Below are positions 24,590 through 26,615 of a stretch of 26,615 nucleotides of DNA, one piece after another. Within the stretch, counting starts at the first letter, position 1; each line of letters opens with the position of its first letter. The position numbers were made by a program, and so were the translations under genes. This DNA is from a virus. Its lineage: Duplodnaviria; Caudoviricetes. The notes beneath the pieces are model-generated. The model saw only the letters and a list, made by a program, of their open reading frames with translations, had not been told where the DNA came from and made no database searches. The stretch covers positions 1 to 26,615 of the IMG/VR virus record IMGVR_UViG_3300031566_000311, one strand, 5' to 3'.

Positions 24590-25507
24590 TTATGCGGAAT
24601 ATTGAGCTAAATCAGGTACTACCGTCATTGTTCCGTTATCATTTGCGTAATTGTTTTTAGACAATAATGCATTTATATCATAAGGTGTTCCACCAACGTG
24701 GAACACAGTATTGTCTATACACATAGCATCATCGCTATTATCATCTATTCCAACACCAGCACCATTAAGTCTAATTATGTTATTTCTGATTACAGCACCA
24801 TAACCTACGCTGTTTATATCTATTGATATTGCAGTTCCTGTGGCATCCATACCATCAAATATGTTATCTTCTATTACAGCAGCACTAAACCAAGATGTAA
24901 ATTTTAGGCAATAACTAAATCCAGGAATAGCTATTTGACTACCAAATTTACAATGTCTTATAGTCATAAATTTCCCGCCACCTGTATTAGATATGGCAGC
25001 CAAGTTAGCAGTATCTCCACATTCAAATTCACAATTTAAGATTTCAACATTATTACTAATATCAAAAGCAAGTAAATTAACAGCACCAACTGCTTCAAAT
25101 CTTAGATTCACAAGACGCAGACCCGATACTGTGCCTGTTATACAAGCACCGGCAGCAGGAATAATTTTGACTGATTTATCAGTTCCTGGAATCCCCAATC
25201 CGATTATAGTAGTAGAAAATGGCAGAGATGTAAGAGCTTCTGCGTAAGTTCCAGGTGCTATAATTATGTATGTATTACAAGATTGTTCAGCAGAAGGTAG
25301 TAAGGCTCTGTCTGCTCTTTGTTTAGTAATAGCTTCCGTAAGAGTATTAAAAGCGTTCTCCCAAGATGAGCCATCTGTACTATTTCCACCCTTACAAACA
25401 TAGTAAACCTTAGTTTGTGTTAGTAATGCCATATTCTGTAATTGAGTTAAGATATCGTATAGCTCGCCACCTGCAAATCCTTCTCCGATATGTTTACTTA
25501 TTTCCAT
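24590..25507 (-). CDS. Right-handed beta-helix (pectin lyase-like) virion protein
   Basis: YYVCKGG..DGSSWENAFNTLTEA, IIIAPGTYAE, repeated IxNxxF/IxDN strands; SD before ATG 25507. Confidence 0.75.
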   Translation of the reverse strand: MEISKHIGEGFAGGELYDILTQLQNMALLTQTKVYYVCKGGNSTDGSSWENAFNTLTEAITKQRADRALLPSAEQSCNTYIIIAPGTYAEALTSLPFSTTIIGLGIPGTDKSVKIIPAAGACITGTVSGLRLVNLRFEAVGAVNLLAFDISNNVEILNCEFECGDTANLAAISNTGGGKFMTIRHCKFGSQIAIPGFSYCLKFTSWFSAAVIEDNIFDGMDATGTAISIDINSVGYGAVIRNNIIRLNGAGVGIDDNSDDAMCIDNTVFHVGGTPYDINALLSKNNYANDNGTMTVVPDLAQYSA

Positions 25508-26165
25508 TATGTTTATCTCCTTTCTCAAATATTTCTATTTGATTATTATTTTTAAGTTTTTCATGGATACTTTTATGACATTCTTCGCATAAGGTAATTC
25601 CGTTATTTATATTCCAAAGTTCTTCACATTCTAAAGCTTCTTCCGATGTGGTAATTTCGTAGTATTGTATTATGCTCATAAAGGGTTTCATGTGGTGAGC
25701 ATTTAATTTGCCACCCCATTGTCCACACTGTTGACAGGTAAAATCATCACGTGTAAAAATGTCAGAACGCCATTGACGATATTTAAAATTCGCTTCAATG
25801 ATTTTTCTAAATGGTAATACTCCACCTTTCCAAGTAGGACTAAGTTCACCCTTTTTGGCTTCACTCATCTTTTTTCTACTTTCCAATGTGTGATGTTTTC
25901 CTTTCATTGGACAAGGTTTACCTTTATTTTCCTTGCCAATTTTTTTCTTTATCTCTTCTGACCAAGGAATGCCTTTATTCCAAGGAATGTGTTTTTCTTT
26001 ATATATCCCTTCCATCCCATTCTTATAATGAGATTTATATTCAGAACCAGATAAATCTTTGTTCCAAACTTCACGTCCTTTCAAAGATTTACATAATTTT
26101 TCTCTGGTCTTTTCAGATATTGGAATACCTACATTCCAAGGGATATTACCTTTCTTAAATGCCAT
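25494..26165 (-). CDS. NUMOD3/HNH homing endonuclease
   Basis: PWNKG repeats, GKHHTLESRKKMSEA, RDDFTCQQC...HH...NGITLCEECH. Confidence 0.9.
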   Translation of the reverse strand: MAFKKGNIPWNVGIPISEKTREKLCKSLKGREVWNKDLSGSEYKSHYKNGMEGIYKEKHIPWNKGIPWSEEIKKKIGKENKGKPCPMKGKHHTLESRKKMSEAKKGELSPTWKGGVLPFRKIIEANFKYRQWRSDIFTRDDFTCQQCGQWGGKLNAHHMKPFMSIIQYYEITTSEEALECEELWNINNGITLCEECHKSIHEKLKNNNQIEIFEKGDKHNGNK

Positions 26166-26180
26166 AAATATCCTTTCTTT

Positions 26181-26205
26181 AAAAGTGGGGGTAAGCCCCC
26201 CACTT
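26181..26205 (-). terminator. Weak terminator/hairpin after capsid gene
   Basis: AAGTGGGGG/CCCCCACTT stem with a short U run. Confidence 0.5.
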
Positions 26206-26214
26206 GCTTAATTT

Positions 26215-26615
26215 TTAGGCGATAGTCGAGGCTCCGCTAATTAGCGAAACGCCAAATAATGCGTTTAGTGGTACAGCAACGAAGAATACTCTCCAAGATA
26301 CCTTTGAGAAAGCATTGGTTGCATTGGAAGTATCTTGCGGTCCGGATACTTTAACGATAAGTTTGTCTTTTACTCCAGCAATTCTTGTTCCAGCATAAGC
26401 ATGTTTTCCGAATATGGGAGTGTGATTGATAGTTCCAGTTGCAGAGTAGACTCCAAATCCTATGTCATGGGCATCATATACAGTCCCATCAGTAATTGTT
26501 TCAGTCCAACCTTCAGTATCTTCTACCCAGCGGACTCCGCCCCATTTACCAAGTTCACCCTCGTATAGTTTGGCTGAACCTGCATATTCGGCAGCATTAA
26601 CCCATTTACTATCTT
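26215..26615 (-). CDS. Major capsid protein, N4-gp56-like (C-terminal part)
   Basis: Hand translation: DSKWVNAAEYAGSAKLYEGELGKWGGVRWVED...PIFGKHAYAG...PQDTSNATNAFSKVSWR...TIA*. Confidence 0.8.
   Translation of the reverse strand, partial: DSKWVNAAEYAGSAKLYEGELGKWGGVRWVEDTEGWTETITDGTVYDAHDIGFGVYSATGTINHTPIFGKHAYAGTRIAGVKDKLIVKVSGPQDTSNATNAFSKVSWRVFFVAVPLNALFGVSLISGASTIA

Noticed and set aside
7638-26568. Other plus-strand ORFs in the track, and short nested minus-strand ORFs
   Set aside because: Shadows of long, motif-bearing minus-strand genes, without SDs or recognisable domains.
25494-26615. Group I intron in the capsid gene carrying the HNH
   Set aside because: The capsid frame ends normally at TAA 26215 and the 49-nt gap leaves no room for an intron core.
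1-26615. Stop-codon reassignment
   Set aside because: Long genes are intact in the standard code, and TAA, TAG and TGA all end genes at tight junctions.

Overview
Roughly half of a low-GC tailed phage (or prophage) genome, with essentially every gene on the minus strand. In transcription order (right to left): the C-terminus of an N4-gp56-like major capsid protein, a NUMOD3/HNH homing endonuclease, a beta-helix virion protein, podovirus-type tail adaptor and nozzle, three internal (ejection) proteins (the largest carrying an ADP-ribosyltransferase-like insert), tail/LamG fibre proteins, a lysis cassette, an exported thioredoxin, a metallophosphoesterase, an accessory region rich in non-coding structure, a second HNH, a Cro-like HTH gene and early genes (Gam-like, putative annealing protein). 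No integrase, CI repressor, reverse transcriptase or CRISPR array is visible. The most striking signals are non-coding: (1) an antisense cassette at 11422-11966 with a promoter, three tandem covarying RNA hairpin units each exposing an anti-Shine-Dalgarno-like strand, and a small membrane protein; (2) an 84-nt tmRNA tRNA-like-domain-only RNA at 4949-5032; (3) a leader-peptide/antiterminator/terminator switch and a large structured leader ahead of a 35-aa hydrophobic peptide at 1595-2105. The lysis cassette also has a candidate unusual spanin. All calls were made by eye; no searches or folding programs were run.
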